64,000 nt of DNA, from positions 1,502-65,501 of the forward strand of contig JAIDPF010000091.1 of the NCBI GenBank assembly GCA_029062895.1, read 5' to 3'. The notes under the pieces were generated by a model. The model was not told the DNA's origin. It searched no databases and worked only from the letters and a program-made list of their open reading frames with translations. This DNA comes from Lachnospiraceae bacterium (lineage in GTDB: Bacteria; Bacillota; Clostridia; Lachnospirales; Lachnospiraceae). The position numbers were made by a program, and so were the translations under genes. Positions 48,782 to 58,409 of the stretch are shown here, piece by piece; the stretch's first letter is position 1; each line of letters starts with the position of its first letter.

Positions 48782-49741
48782 ATGAGTTCTGAAAAAAAAT
48801 ACGCTGTTTTGATCGATGGTGACAATGTTGCCCCTAAATATCTAAAAGCGATTCTGGACGAGGTTTCGGATCATGGGGTGGCGACTTATAAGCGTATCTA
48901 CAGCGATTGGACAGACCGTCTTCGTTCCGGCTGGAAACAGCCGATCTTGGAACATTCCGTACTGCCGGTGCAGCAGTACAGTTATACCACCGGAAAGAAC
49001 GCTACAGATTCCGCGATGATCATAGATGCGATGGATATCTTATATACAGGAAATGTTGATGGATTTTATCTGGTGACGAGCGATAGTGATTTTACAAGGC
49101 TGGCTGCAAGACTGCGTGAAGCGGGCAAAGAAGTCGTCGGCATCGGAGAGGCCAAAACGCCAAAGGCTTTCCGCAGCGCGTGCAACAGTTTTAAGCTGTT
49201 AGAAGTAATCTATAACGATGAGGAAATGGAAGAGATCACGGCGAAAAAAACCAGTACACGGAAAACCAGCAAAAAGGAAAATAAACTGGAAGTGACTGAG
49301 CTTTCAGAGATTGAGAACGCTATCTGTAAGATTATTGATGAAAATTCTAATAAAGGCAAAGATACCTATATCGGCGAGGTCGGAAGCAAACTGACTAATA
49401 AATATCCGGATTTTGACGTACGTAACTATGGATGTACAAAATTAAGTACGCTTCTGGAAGATAAGATGAGTAATTTCATGCTGCAGAAGAAAAACAGCAG
49501 CACTGTGATTATGTTTAAAAGTACGGATATTGAGAAGGAAGATGTGGAGCAGGAGATCATCCATATCCTCAGAAAGCATGGCGGCGAATGTAACAATATG
49601 GCAATTATTAATGAAGGCCTGAAGGCATGGAATTCCAATTTCTCGGCCAAAAAGCTGGGATATAGCAAGTTTTCGGATTATCTACAGTCCTTTACGGAGA
49701 TTCTGGAAGTAAAGAATAATGAGGTAAGATTACTAAAATAG
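48782..49741 (+). CDS. NYN (LabA/DUF88) domain protein with C-terminal OST-HTH/LOTUS domains
   Basis: LIDGDN, GKNATDSAMIIDAMD, SDSDFTRLA, FDVRNYGCTKLS and a second KLGYSKFS repeat. Confidence 0.9.
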   Translation: MSSEKKYAVLIDGDNVAPKYLKAILDEVSDHGVATYKRIYSDWTDRLRSGWKQPILEHSVLPVQQYSYTTGKNATDSAMIIDAMDILYTGNVDGFYLVTSDSDFTRLAARLREAGKEVVGIGEAKTPKAFRSACNSFKLLEVIYNDEEMEEITAKKTSTRKTSKKENKLEVTELSEIENAICKIIDENSNKGKDTYIGEVGSKLTNKYPDFDVRNYGCTKLSTLLEDKMSNFMLQKKNSSTVIMFKSTDIEKEDVEQEIIHILRKHGGECNNMAIINEGLKAWNSNFSAKKLGYSKFSDYLQSFTEILEVKNNEVRLLK

Positions 49742-49751
49742 GGGTAATCAT

Positions 49752-51071
49752 TTAGTATCCCACACAGATTCCGCAGATGGCAAAAAAGTCTCCGGTACTG
49801 TCCTCGGAAGGTTTTAATTCAATCAGATGCGTTTCGGAGATATCATTTTTATAACATTCCACGTAGTCGCAGCAATTTCCCCAACCGCCGCTGTAATCTG
49901 CGTCAATTGTTGTGACACATATCCCGTCAACATAGACATCATATTGTCCGCTCATGCCGTCGGTCGTCTGGTAAAAGACGATGCCGGCTTCGCGGCTTGT
50001 GATCTCAAATGAGATCGTTCCGCCGATTGTAGTTACCCATCCATCTGTGTGAGACAATGCCGAGGGAATATTGGTAAGCGCAAAACCGTACGTAGCGGCA
50101 GGCGAAATATCCGAAGCATAAAGCAGGTCGGCGTTTTCATATCTTGACTTGGTCAGAGTAGCTTCTGTTACCACATATTCCGGGTAAGCAGTCGTATTGA
50201 TTTCAGATAATACATTACAATAAAACTGGGTTAAAAGATGAGCAATTAAAGCATGCCCGCCATTTGCCGGATGAACGCCGTCCGGATTACCGACGTCTTC
50301 CCAGGAAAGAGTTCCGTTTTTCCTGCCTTCAGAAAGGACGGAAGCATAATTGATCGTGCTGACACTTAGTTTAAATGCCACCTGCGCATGTTCAGCAGCA
50401 TAATTATAATCCTGTTCAGTGCCTAATAGTAAGGCAATCACGGCAGGCTCGCTATCAGATAAGAGGATTGCGCGCAAAAGACTTTCGTATGTTTCTTTGT
50501 TCCATGAACGGTAATCATTGACAGAAAATTCCGTAATGACTAAGTCAGGTTCATAGATAAGGACATCATCCTGCAATCTATGTACGCCAAGATAGGAGTC
50601 CGTTGCACCAATCCCTGCATTAATATAGTTAATCGTAGCGTCAGGAAAGGTATCTTCCCACCATTTAGTGGAAAGATAAGCATAGCAGGAAGTATCTTTG
50701 GGAGATGCGCTGGAGCCGTCGGTGATCGAGCCACCAATATAGGCGATCGTGATCTCTTCTCCATGGGCGGCGCGTTCCATAACGTTCATAAGGCGGTACA
50801 GGTTGCCGGGATTCTGGATGCCTGTATTGATCATTTCTTCAGTTACGGTCAGACTGCCGGTATCTGTGGGAGCAGCCATGGTGGTGATCAGATCAGGTGA
50901 TACCCTGTTATCTGCGGAGGTTTCCGTCATATTAGCGGAGAGACTGTCTGCACCGGCACTGTCATTTTGCCCGAAATGACATCCTGAAAGGGTGGATATC
51001 AGGAAGATACTAAGGACGACAGACACGCTGATATATCTGACTATATTTTTTATCAGAAGAATACATTTCAT
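49752..51071 (-). CDS. SGNH/GDSL hydrolase lipoprotein
   Basis: Lipobox LSGC; GGSITDG, GIGATDS, EFSVND, DGVHP blocks. Confidence 0.88.
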   Translation of the reverse strand: MKCILLIKNIVRYISVSVVLSIFLISTLSGCHFGQNDSAGADSLSANMTETSADNRVSPDLITTMAAPTDTGSLTVTEEMINTGIQNPGNLYRLMNVMERAAHGEEITIAYIGGSITDGSSASPKDTSCYAYLSTKWWEDTFPDATINYINAGIGATDSYLGVHRLQDDVLIYEPDLVITEFSVNDYRSWNKETYESLLRAILLSDSEPAVIALLLGTEQDYNYAAEHAQVAFKLSVSTINYASVLSEGRKNGTLSWEDVGNPDGVHPANGGHALIAHLLTQFYCNVLSEINTTAYPEYVVTEATLTKSRYENADLLYASDISPAATYGFALTNIPSALSHTDGWVTTIGGTISFEITSREAGIVFYQTTDGMSGQYDVYVDGICVTTIDADYSGGWGNCCDYVECYKNDISETHLIELKPSEDSTGDFFAICGICVGY

Positions 51072-51180
51072 AGGGAAACTCCTTTTCTACCGGCGTTTAT
51101 TAAGTTCGTTCCGGTTGGTTGACGGGTTTAAAAAATGGCGGACAAACCTGCCCGCCATTCATGGATTCCTGTTTGGCTGA

Positions 51181-52008
51181 TTATCTTACAGTAATGGAAG
51201 TAATATGGGGATTAGCGCCATTATACCAGTAAAGGAAACCTTCCATGCTGACAACATCGCCGATTTGAAGATTCTTAACAGCGGCATATACGTCCGTTGT
51301 ATTATCACACAGATAAGATTCTACTACAAAGGAATAAGTTTCGCCATTGGCGGAAACATTGAAATAAAGATCATCGCCATCGGATCCTGAATTATCCCAG
51401 TTATACATAAATGCCTCTCCATTGCCGGCATCCTCTACGGTCATATCGGTGAAGGATACCAGTTCATTTTGATGAACGATCAGTTCATCTTCTACGCCAA
51501 GGATATCAGTTACATCCAAAGGTTTAGCAACGAAGTTGCCGTCAATGATCTCAAAAGTAGCATCCGTGATCTCAATCTCACCGGACCATTCGCTCTTATA
51601 ACCTGTTACGCGGATTTTGGTGCCAACAGTCAATTTCTCATAGTCTTCTGCAGAACATGCCATTCCATAGATAAAGTAAGCGCCATCCTCATCCTGTGTA
51701 TAGATGGTTGCTGTATCCTCCCACCAAGCCTGCTTTGCCTGTACATAGGTCTCTACAACGACCTGTGTATCCAGATCAGCAGCGATGTATTCCGCATACG
51801 TCATAACGCCCTCTGTAGATTCTTCTTCAGGGGTTGTTTCCGTATTTCCCGAAGCGTCGTCGACATCATTGCGATCTGTTTCCGTTTCAGTTGTTGCATC
51901 CGTTCCATTTCCGTCAGATGTGGGATTCTCTGTTTTGCCACATCCGCTTAACGCAACCGCAAGTGAAAGAACGGCTGCCGTCATCAGTGCTAAATAATGT
52001 TTTTTCAT
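51181..52008 (-). CDS. Lipoprotein with two OB-fold-like modules
   Basis: Lipobox LSGC, acidic linker, LTVGTKIRVTGYKSEWSG and LQIGDVVSMEGFLYWYNG; start ATG 52008. Confidence 0.7.
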   Translation of the reverse strand: MKKHYLALMTAAVLSLAVALSGCGKTENPTSDGNGTDATTETETDRNDVDDASGNTETTPEEESTEGVMTYAEYIAADLDTQVVVETYVQAKQAWWEDTATIYTQDEDGAYFIYGMACSAEDYEKLTVGTKIRVTGYKSEWSGEIEITDATFEIIDGNFVAKPLDVTDILGVEDELIVHQNELVSFTDMTVEDAGNGEAFMYNWDNSGSDGDDLYFNVSANGETYSFVVESYLCDNTTDVYAAVKNLQIGDVVSMEGFLYWYNGANPHITSITVR

Positions 52009-52218
52009 AATAATAACCATGCCTTTCCGTAACCTGCGAATTTGGGCCGCAGGCACAAATTATCTCCCTTTCTGCTTTTTGAGCATTGCATATATGATTA
52101 TGACTCATATATGTAATAGAAAATCTTGAATATTCTATTTAAGATCTCCGATTTTCTATTTTTCCTCGTTATTTTACAAAGTTATAATGGATAAATCAAT
52201 GTATTTTTCTACAAAAAA

Positions 52219-53814
52219 TCAGTTCCTTTTTGGCTTCCTGTGTTCAAAGATGACATATATCAGGATAAAAATCCATATAACGGCAAGAGAAGTAAGCAGT
52301 ATGACGGCAGTATTCGGAAGCGGACCAAGATCCGTTTTGGCATTTGCCGAGGCTCCTTCCTGATTCAGACGGTATAAGGAAGTGATATCACTGTATAGGT
52401 TTTCAATATACTGTTCGTCGATCGTTTCCCCACGGCGGACAGATTTTACGGTATTTTCGATCAATTGTCCCGCCGCATCGCGCAGGGAGGCAGAACCGTT
52501 AAATACGGGCGTTACAAAGGTATTGGCGGTATAGTCCAGCAAGAGCATGGAAGCTGCGATCTTAACATCATAATAGGTAGAGTTATCCTCGCCTCTTCTG
52601 GAAAGATAATCCTGATATTCCGCACTGTTCCGCGCGCGGGTAGTAACGGGGATATAGCCTTCCGTTTCGGCATAGGCGATTTGGACATCATTGGTCAGAA
52701 GGTACTGCGCAAAGAGCCAGGATGCCAGAACTTCCTGCGGATCGCTTTTGTTAAAAATACAGATGGAAGGACCTTGTGAGATCATCTGCGTATTTGCCGG
52801 ATCAAATTGCGGAATCGGCATAACGACGGTTTCAAAATCCACTTTCTGGTCTTCGCTGATATCGGAAAGCGGGGCATCAGAACCCATCCATGTTGCACCG
52901 GCAGTAGAATCAATGGCGAAGATACACTGCCCTGCATTAAGAAAATTGGCAGGATAGCTGGAGATTTTAAATGTTGAAAACGCCCTGCTTTCTCCGTGCT
53001 CCGCAATGGTATATAAAAGGTCGGTCGTCGTGTCATTAAACAGCTCGATCGTTCCGTCTTCGGTAGAATATCCCGCGCCGCGCTGTTTTAACATCTGGAT
53101 CATCATATTGTCCGTTGACTTATAGATAAAGGGGATCAGGACGTTCTGCCCGTTGACGATAAAGTTGCCGTCCTCGTCCTTTGCCATGGCGGCTTCTGAC
53201 ACTTCCCAGATAAAATCCCATGTCAATGTATTAGGAAGAGTATAGCCCAGCGCTTCCACATAAGTCTTATTGATATAGCAGGCTTCGGTAGAACGCATGT
53301 AGGGGATTGCGTAGTAAGCATCCTGAAAACGACATTCCTCCAAAAATTTGGACACGATTTCCTCCTGCGAGACGGAATTGAATAAGACCTCGCTGCCGCC
53401 TAATCCGTATCGTTCGTCGGTAAACAGATCGTCCAGCGGTACGACGGTATTGCTGCCCGTCAGATAGGTAGCGATGTGGTCGGGATAAGTAATACAGACA
53501 TTGGGCGTCGTATTGGTTGCGATATTTGTAATGACGTCATTGTAAATGGTGCCATAATTCGTGTAAAGGCGCAGATTGACAGTGACATTGGGATAGATCT
53601 CCTGAAAATCCTCGATCGCCTGTTTATAGATATCGGTCTGTGTCTTATTGGTATCATTTTTGGCCCAGAAGGTGATCGTAATCGGCTGCGTGGTATCAAA
53701 GGTGTCCGGTATTTCAAAGGTATTTGCTTCCTGAGAACCGTGGCAGGCAGTCAGGCAGAAAATAAGGATCATCTGAACCAGCAGGAAATAGAATTTTCTT
53801 GTTTTCATTATCAT
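52219..53814 (-). CDS. Extracellular solute-binding protein (CUT1-type) with C-terminal membrane anchor
   Basis: Lipobox LTAC; AIPYMRSTEACYINK, ISQGPSICIF, TEGYIP; ends LPNTA + hydrophobic stretch + RKPKRN. Confidence 0.85.
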   Translation of the reverse strand: MIMKTRKFYFLLVQMILIFCLTACHGSQEANTFEIPDTFDTTQPITITFWAKNDTNKTQTDIYKQAIEDFQEIYPNVTVNLRLYTNYGTIYNDVITNIATNTTPNVCITYPDHIATYLTGSNTVVPLDDLFTDERYGLGGSEVLFNSVSQEEIVSKFLEECRFQDAYYAIPYMRSTEACYINKTYVEALGYTLPNTLTWDFIWEVSEAAMAKDEDGNFIVNGQNVLIPFIYKSTDNMMIQMLKQRGAGYSTEDGTIELFNDTTTDLLYTIAEHGESRAFSTFKISSYPANFLNAGQCIFAIDSTAGATWMGSDAPLSDISEDQKVDFETVVMPIPQFDPANTQMISQGPSICIFNKSDPQEVLASWLFAQYLLTNDVQIAYAETEGYIPVTTRARNSAEYQDYLSRRGEDNSTYYDVKIAASMLLLDYTANTFVTPVFNGSASLRDAAGQLIENTVKSVRRGETIDEQYIENLYSDITSLYRLNQEGASANAKTDLGPLPNTAVILLTSLAVIWIFILIYVIFEHRKPKRN

Positions 53815-53838
53815 GGTGATCGTTCTCCTTTTTGGTCT

Positions 53839-54735
53839 TTATCCCTTGGTTCCGCCTCTGGATACGCCGGCCATGATCTTATCGCGAAAGATCAGGAACA
53901 GCGCCACCAGTGGTATGGAGATGATGACGACAGCAGCCATCATAGCAGGGATATTCTCCCTTCCAAAACCGTTTTCACGGATCTCTTGGATACCGTTGGA
54001 AACCAGATAATAATTCTCATCATCGGTGATCAGACGCGGCCATACATAGGAATTCCAACATTCTATGATCTTTAGGATGCCGATGGTGATCAGTGTAGGG
54101 CGGCAGATAGGGATCAGTACTTTAAAGAGATATTTCAGATCCGAAGTTCCGTCGACTTTGGCTGCATAGTAAAGCGCGTCCGGCACCTGGGCAAAATTCT
54201 CCTTTAAAAGGTAGATATAAAATACCGAAGTGACCGAAGGCAGGATCAGCCCTAAGAAGGTATTGCGCATATTGAGATTGGTAATGGTTGTAAAGTTTGT
54301 AATGATCACAAGTTCATTCGGGATCATCATCAGGGAAAGAAACAGTGTAAACAGAGTGTTTTTTCCTTTAAATTGCAGCCGGGCAAACGCAAATGCCGCA
54401 AGGGTGATCACAACCATCATGATTGCCGTCGTTGCAAGGGTGAAAATCAGCGTGTTGGTCAGATAGCGGACAAGGGGAACTTCCGTAAAGGCGCTGATAT
54501 AGTTTTGAAAAGTCGGCGAGGTAGTAAAAAATTTCGGTATATATTCGGAATTGTATTCCCCATAGCTTTTAAAGGAGGTCAGGATCATCCAATAAAACGG
54601 AAAGAGAACAACGATCCCCCAGACCGCCAGAAAAAAGTAAATTACCGTATGGACCGCTTTGCTTCGGGCAGCGGCAGAACGGGCGGTATTATGATAATTG
54701 GTGGGTTGGTTTGTCCCGATACCACTCATATACAA
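53839..54735 (-). CDS. Carbohydrate ABC transporter permease (MalG-like)
   Basis: PFYWMILTSFK, AAFAFARL, AAKVDG (EAA loop), WNSYVWP. Confidence 0.92.
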   Translation of the reverse strand: MYMSGIGTNQPTNYHNTARSAAARSKAVHTVIYFFLAVWGIVVLFPFYWMILTSFKSYGEYNSEYIPKFFTTSPTFQNYISAFTEVPLVRYLTNTLIFTLATTAIMMVVITLAAFAFARLQFKGKNTLFTLFLSLMMIPNELVIITNFTTITNLNMRNTFLGLILPSVTSVFYIYLLKENFAQVPDALYYAAKVDGTSDLKYLFKVLIPICRPTLITIGILKIIECWNSYVWPRLITDDENYYLVSNGIQEIRENGFGRENIPAMMAAVVIISIPLVALFLIFRDKIMAGVSRGGTKG

Positions 54736-54770
54736 TCTTATCTCCTTTCAAAGTTTGTATTTTATCAGAT

Positions 54771-54903
54771 GTGCATCATTGACAATTCATCGCAGGCACG
54801 CTTGCGCTGCGCGTCGCACGCAGCGGCACCTAACATGCTAAAATACAGCATGTAAGTGCCGGCGGCTCCCCAGCACCTGCTTATGAATTTGTCAATGCTG
54901 CAC
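54771..54903. repeat. Long intergenic cruciform (REP-like) inside the ABC operon
   Basis: Outer stem gtgcatcattgacaattcat/atgaatttgtcaatgctgcac, then gcagg/cctgc, ggcac/gtgcc, acatgct/agcatgt. Confidence 0.7.
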
Positions 54904-54965
54904 AATTTAATTCCTACTAAAAAGAGTTACGCAATTTCCTATTTGTATTTCATAGAGTGTCACAG

Positions 54966-55859
54966 TTATACATAATAGGTGTGCTTCCGGCTCACCAGCA
55001 GGTTGATGCAGGTAATGGTCAGCACGATGGCAAACAGAATGATGGCAGCGGCGGACGCATAAGACGGATAGCCGCCGCTGTCGCCGTAAAGCATGTCATA
55101 TACATAGCCTACGATGGTATTCATCTCGGCAGCATTCAGGTTAGTGCCGAATAGGGCAACCGCATTGCTGTATTCCTTGAACGCTCCGATAAAACCTGTG
55201 ATAATCAGATAAAAGATCGTTGGTGAGATCATGGGGAGCGTAATCCGCGTGAAGGTGCGCAGGCGTGAAGTTCCGTCAACTTTTGCGGCATTGTAGTAAT
55301 GCTGATTGACAGAAGAAAGCGCGCTGGTCAGCAGTAATATCTTAAATGGCATAACGACCCAGATGATATAAAAGCACATCACAAACATTTTCGCCCAGTA
55401 AGGGCCGTCGATAAAATCCACGGAAGAGCCGCCGAACCAATTGATCAGCAGATTGATAAGACCATCCGAGTAAGCGGTCTTTTTAAACAGGATCATAAAT
55501 ACCAGACCGACTGCCAGAGTATTGGTCACATAAGGTAAAAAATAGATCGTCTGGAATAAGTTTCGCAGAGGTTTGATGGAACTGATCCCTACAGAGATCA
55601 GCAAGGCAATCCCGGTTGACAGGGGTACTGTAATGATTACCATTAAGAAGGTATTTCTGACCGCTTGTAGAAAATAAGTATCATGCAGGACATAGGAAAA
55701 ATTGTACCATCCGACGTCAAAAAAAGTCTGGGACGCAAAATTGTATCCCTCCTCAAAAGAATAGATCAGGACATCGATCAATGGATATACCATAAAAATT
55801 CCTAAAAAGAGGATTGCCGGCAGCAGGTAAAGCCAGCCTTTAGAGTTGTTTTTGCTCAT
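54966..55859 (-). CDS. Carbohydrate ABC transporter permease (MalF-like)
   Basis: YLLPA, FLPYVT, AAKVDGTSR..ITLPMISP, YASAAA. Confidence 0.92.
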   Translation of the reverse strand: MSKNNSKGWLYLLPAILFLGIFMVYPLIDVLIYSFEEGYNFASQTFFDVGWYNFSYVLHDTYFLQAVRNTFLMVIITVPLSTGIALLISVGISSIKPLRNLFQTIYFLPYVTNTLAVGLVFMILFKKTAYSDGLINLLINWFGGSSVDFIDGPYWAKMFVMCFYIIWVVMPFKILLLTSALSSVNQHYYNAAKVDGTSRLRTFTRITLPMISPTIFYLIITGFIGAFKEYSNAVALFGTNLNAAEMNTIVGYVYDMLYGDSGGYPSYASAAAIILFAIVLTITCINLLVSRKHTYYV

Positions 55860-55887
55860 ATTTTCTCCTTGTTTATCTGCTTTTGGT

Positions 55888-56652
55888 TTAGAAAGCAGGG
55901 GGTGTTCCGTATTTAATATGATTTACCAGATCTTTGATCTTGCCAACGTTCATGTACAAAGTATCTTCACTGAGATGTTTTTTCGCAAGTGATTCTAAGA
56001 TACTTGGCTTTGCCGCGGCATCAATTACGATCGTATCTATAAAGTCGTTCATATCAAGTTTTTCATTGAGCATGATATTTTCAAAGGAACATTCGTCACG
56101 TCCCCAGAGAAGAAATAATCCCTTTTGCATATAAAGACGGTCAAACTGCTGGGTTGCGTCAACAAAAATCGGCATATCCACGCCGCGGTTCATATCGGTG
56201 GACTCTTTATCAATATATTTCTGTAACCATTCATAAAGGTATTGGTTATTGCGGATGACCTGACTGGATAGTTTCCTGCGATCTTTCAGCATCTGCTCGT
56301 ATCTGCTCTTGTTAAAGATAAATACTTTGCCGTCGCAATCCAGATATCTTCCCTTTGCGTCGTGACAGGCAAAGAACAGCGCCACATCAAAGGAGTAGGA
56401 AAAATCCAGCATACGTGTAGGCAGTGTAAAATGCTGCGCAATTTCGATACAGGTTAACTCATCAAAATTAAACAGATGCTTCATCTCGTCTACAAAGCGG
56501 AACATCTGGCTGTCCGCAATAGCGATATGGTCGCCGCGGAGACCGGATGGGATCAGGACAAAGTCGCTGTTTGGCTGCCCGCGGAAGACAATGACATCGC
56601 CTCGCCCGTTTAACTGCTGGATATATTCGTCATAGGTTGTTGCTTTGTTCAT
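55888..56652 (-). CDS. FRG domain protein
   Basis: VFRGQ, AQHFTLPTRMLDFS..FDVALFFAC, RLYMQKGLF. Confidence 0.9.
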   Translation of the reverse strand: MNKATTYDEYIQQLNGRGDVIVFRGQPNSDFVLIPSGLRGDHIAIADSQMFRFVDEMKHLFNFDELTCIEIAQHFTLPTRMLDFSYSFDVALFFACHDAKGRYLDCDGKVFIFNKSRYEQMLKDRRKLSSQVIRNNQYLYEWLQKYIDKESTDMNRGVDMPIFVDATQQFDRLYMQKGLFLLWGRDECSFENIMLNEKLDMNDFIDTIVIDAAAKPSILESLAKKHLSEDTLYMNVGKIKDLVNHIKYGTPPAF

Positions 56653-56686
56653 GTGATCACGTCATTCCTTTAGTATGTTGTCTGGT

Positions 56687-57817
56687 TTAAAAATGAATGC
56701 GATTGCCGGTTTCTTTGTTAAATAACAATACTTTATGCGGCTTTAGCGAAAAACGGACTGTGGCGCTGTCGGGATCGATTTCATTGTCCGCGTCAATAAT
56801 GGAGCGGATGTTTGGATTCTCACAGGCCGGATGTGTGGAAACTACGCTGATATCGCGACCCATCACTTCGACTCTGACCAGATTGCAGCAAAGAGCGCCA
56901 TGTTCGTCCGGGATAAATCCTTCCGGGCGGATACCGACGGTCACCTCCTGATCGGTAACACCCGCAACATTTAAAAGCGCGGTAGGTGCTGACTGGTTGG
57001 AAGCGCAGTCCTGAGCGATATTTTCTGTAAGATAAAGTTTGCCGTCTTTCACCCTGCCCTGAAATATATTGATCGGCGGCGTGCCAAGGAACTTAGCGAC
57101 AAACAGATTCACAGGATCGTCATAGATATTCTGAGGTTTGCCGATCTGTTGGAGTTCGCCATCTTTCATGACAACGATCACGTCGGAAATACTCATGGCT
57201 TCTTCCTGATCGTGTGTGACGAAGATCGTTGTGATGCCTGTCTCTTTTTGAATCCGCCGGATTTCTTCCCGCGTCTGCAGGCGCAGTCTGGCGTCAAGGT
57301 TGGACAGCGGCTCGTCTAAAAGAAGGACTTTTGGCATTTTCACCATGGCGCGGGCGATGGCGACGCGCTGCTGCTGACCGCCGGAAAGCTCGCTGGGCTT
57401 TCGTTCCATCAATTCCTCGATCTGTACCAGCTTGGCGGCGTCAAGGGTGCGTTCGTTCATCTCCTCTTTGGAAAGCTTGTCCGATCCTTTTAGATTCTGC
57501 AAAGGGAAGATAATATTCTGTCTGACAGTCAGATGAGGATAAAGCGCATAATTTTGAAAGACAACGCCGACGCCTCTGTGTTCCGGAGGAAGTTCGGTTA
57601 CGTCGTCTTCGCCGAAGAAGATTTTTCCTTCTGTGGGTTCTTCCAGACCGCAGATCATAAACAGCGTAGTACTTTTGCCGCAGCCGGAGGGACCAAGCAG
57701 CCCGACCAGTTTACCATCGGGGATTTCAAAACTGAAATCATTGACGGCGATCACATCGGCGCCTTTCTTATTGCGGTTGGGAAATTTCTTCGTTAAATTC
57801 TGTAATACGACCTTCAT
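56687..57817 (-). CDS. Carbohydrate ABC transporter ATP-binding protein (MalK/MsmX/UgpC-like)
   Basis: GPSGCGKST, VFQNYALYPH, LSGGQQQR, LLDEPLSNLDA, TOBE-like end; start moved to ATG 57817; promoter TTGTTT-17-TATAAT at 57969-57997 on the minus strand. Confidence 0.93.
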   Translation of the reverse strand: MKVVLQNLTKKFPNRNKKGADVIAVNDFSFEIPDGKLVGLLGPSGCGKSTTLFMICGLEEPTEGKIFFGEDDVTELPPEHRGVGVVFQNYALYPHLTVRQNIIFPLQNLKGSDKLSKEEMNERTLDAAKLVQIEELMERKPSELSGGQQQRVAIARAMVKMPKVLLLDEPLSNLDARLRLQTREEIRRIQKETGITTIFVTHDQEEAMSISDVIVVMKDGELQQIGKPQNIYDDPVNLFVAKFLGTPPINIFQGRVKDGKLYLTENIAQDCASNQSAPTALLNVAGVTDQEVTVGIRPEGFIPDEHGALCCNLVRVEVMGRDISVVSTHPACENPNIRSIIDADNEIDPDSATVRFSLKPHKVLLFNKETGNRIHF

Positions 57818-58019
57818 AGCGTGAACCCTTATCCTTTTATATAAATTATCAAATGTTTGGTATGTAATATGGATCTCATCGCGTGACATCGCGGCAATCT
57901 GCCTGACATAGATTAATATGATTATTGTCCATTTGCTGTCTTTGTATGCGATAAAATCTGCAGTCATTATTATAGCTTACAATAAAGTGGGAAACAAGAG
58001 TTATTTGTCAGAGAAAGCC

Positions 58020-58049
58020 TTGACAATCCTGCGCGGCATTGCTTATAAT
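58020..58049 (+). promoter_or_regulatory. Sigma-70 promoter of the ileS leader
   Basis: TTGACA (58020-25), 18-bp spacer, TATAAT (58044-49). Confidence 0.75.
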
Positions 58050-58059
58050 ATGGGTGCGA

Positions 58060-58329
58060 TAAAGGCGATGACGAAGACAGTATCTTATGATGGAAATCAA
58101 TAGTGTGATCAAACGCGCAGCGAGCCGGTGAGGGTGGGAGACCGGTGAAAGTAGATCATAAGGGAAGATCACTTCCGAGCTGCAGGCTGAAAATTAAGGT
58201 AGGCTGTGCCGTGTGTGCCGACGTTACCGGCAGGCATATGAAAGTCCTGTGCATGACGTGGGGACGGAGTATGAGCGTAACAGGTGGTTATGGGTATGAT
58301 CTCATCCTTTTACGGGATGAGTTTTTTTT
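58060..58329 (+). ncRNA. T-box riboswitch (Ile)
   Basis: Stem I features (AGCGA, GGTGGGA, GAA); specifier ATC (Ile) at 58168-70; UGGU bulge at 58285-88; terminator ctcatcc/ggatgag plus T8; precedes ileS. Confidence 0.82.
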
Positions 58330-58334
58330 GTTTT

Positions 58335-58409
58335 AAATATTGTGCCTGCAGCATAGCACTAAAGTGCATTAAAATTTGCAGGTTACGGAAAGGCAGGGGT
58401 ATTGAGATG
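58335..58409 (+). repeat. Dispersed RBS-bearing repeat, full copy, supplying the ileS RBS
   Basis: 57/66 identity to 39838-39903 (minus strand). Confidence 0.85.

Noticed and set aside
52090-52159. AT-rich inverted repeats between the SBP and OB-fold genes (atagaaaatc/gattttctat)
   Set aside because: Short, AT-rich and with a long spacer; could be chance or a weak terminator.
58145-58406. ORF 58145-58336 and the 41-codon N-terminal extension of ileS
   Set aside because: They overlap the T-box and its terminator; the RBS supports ATG 58407.
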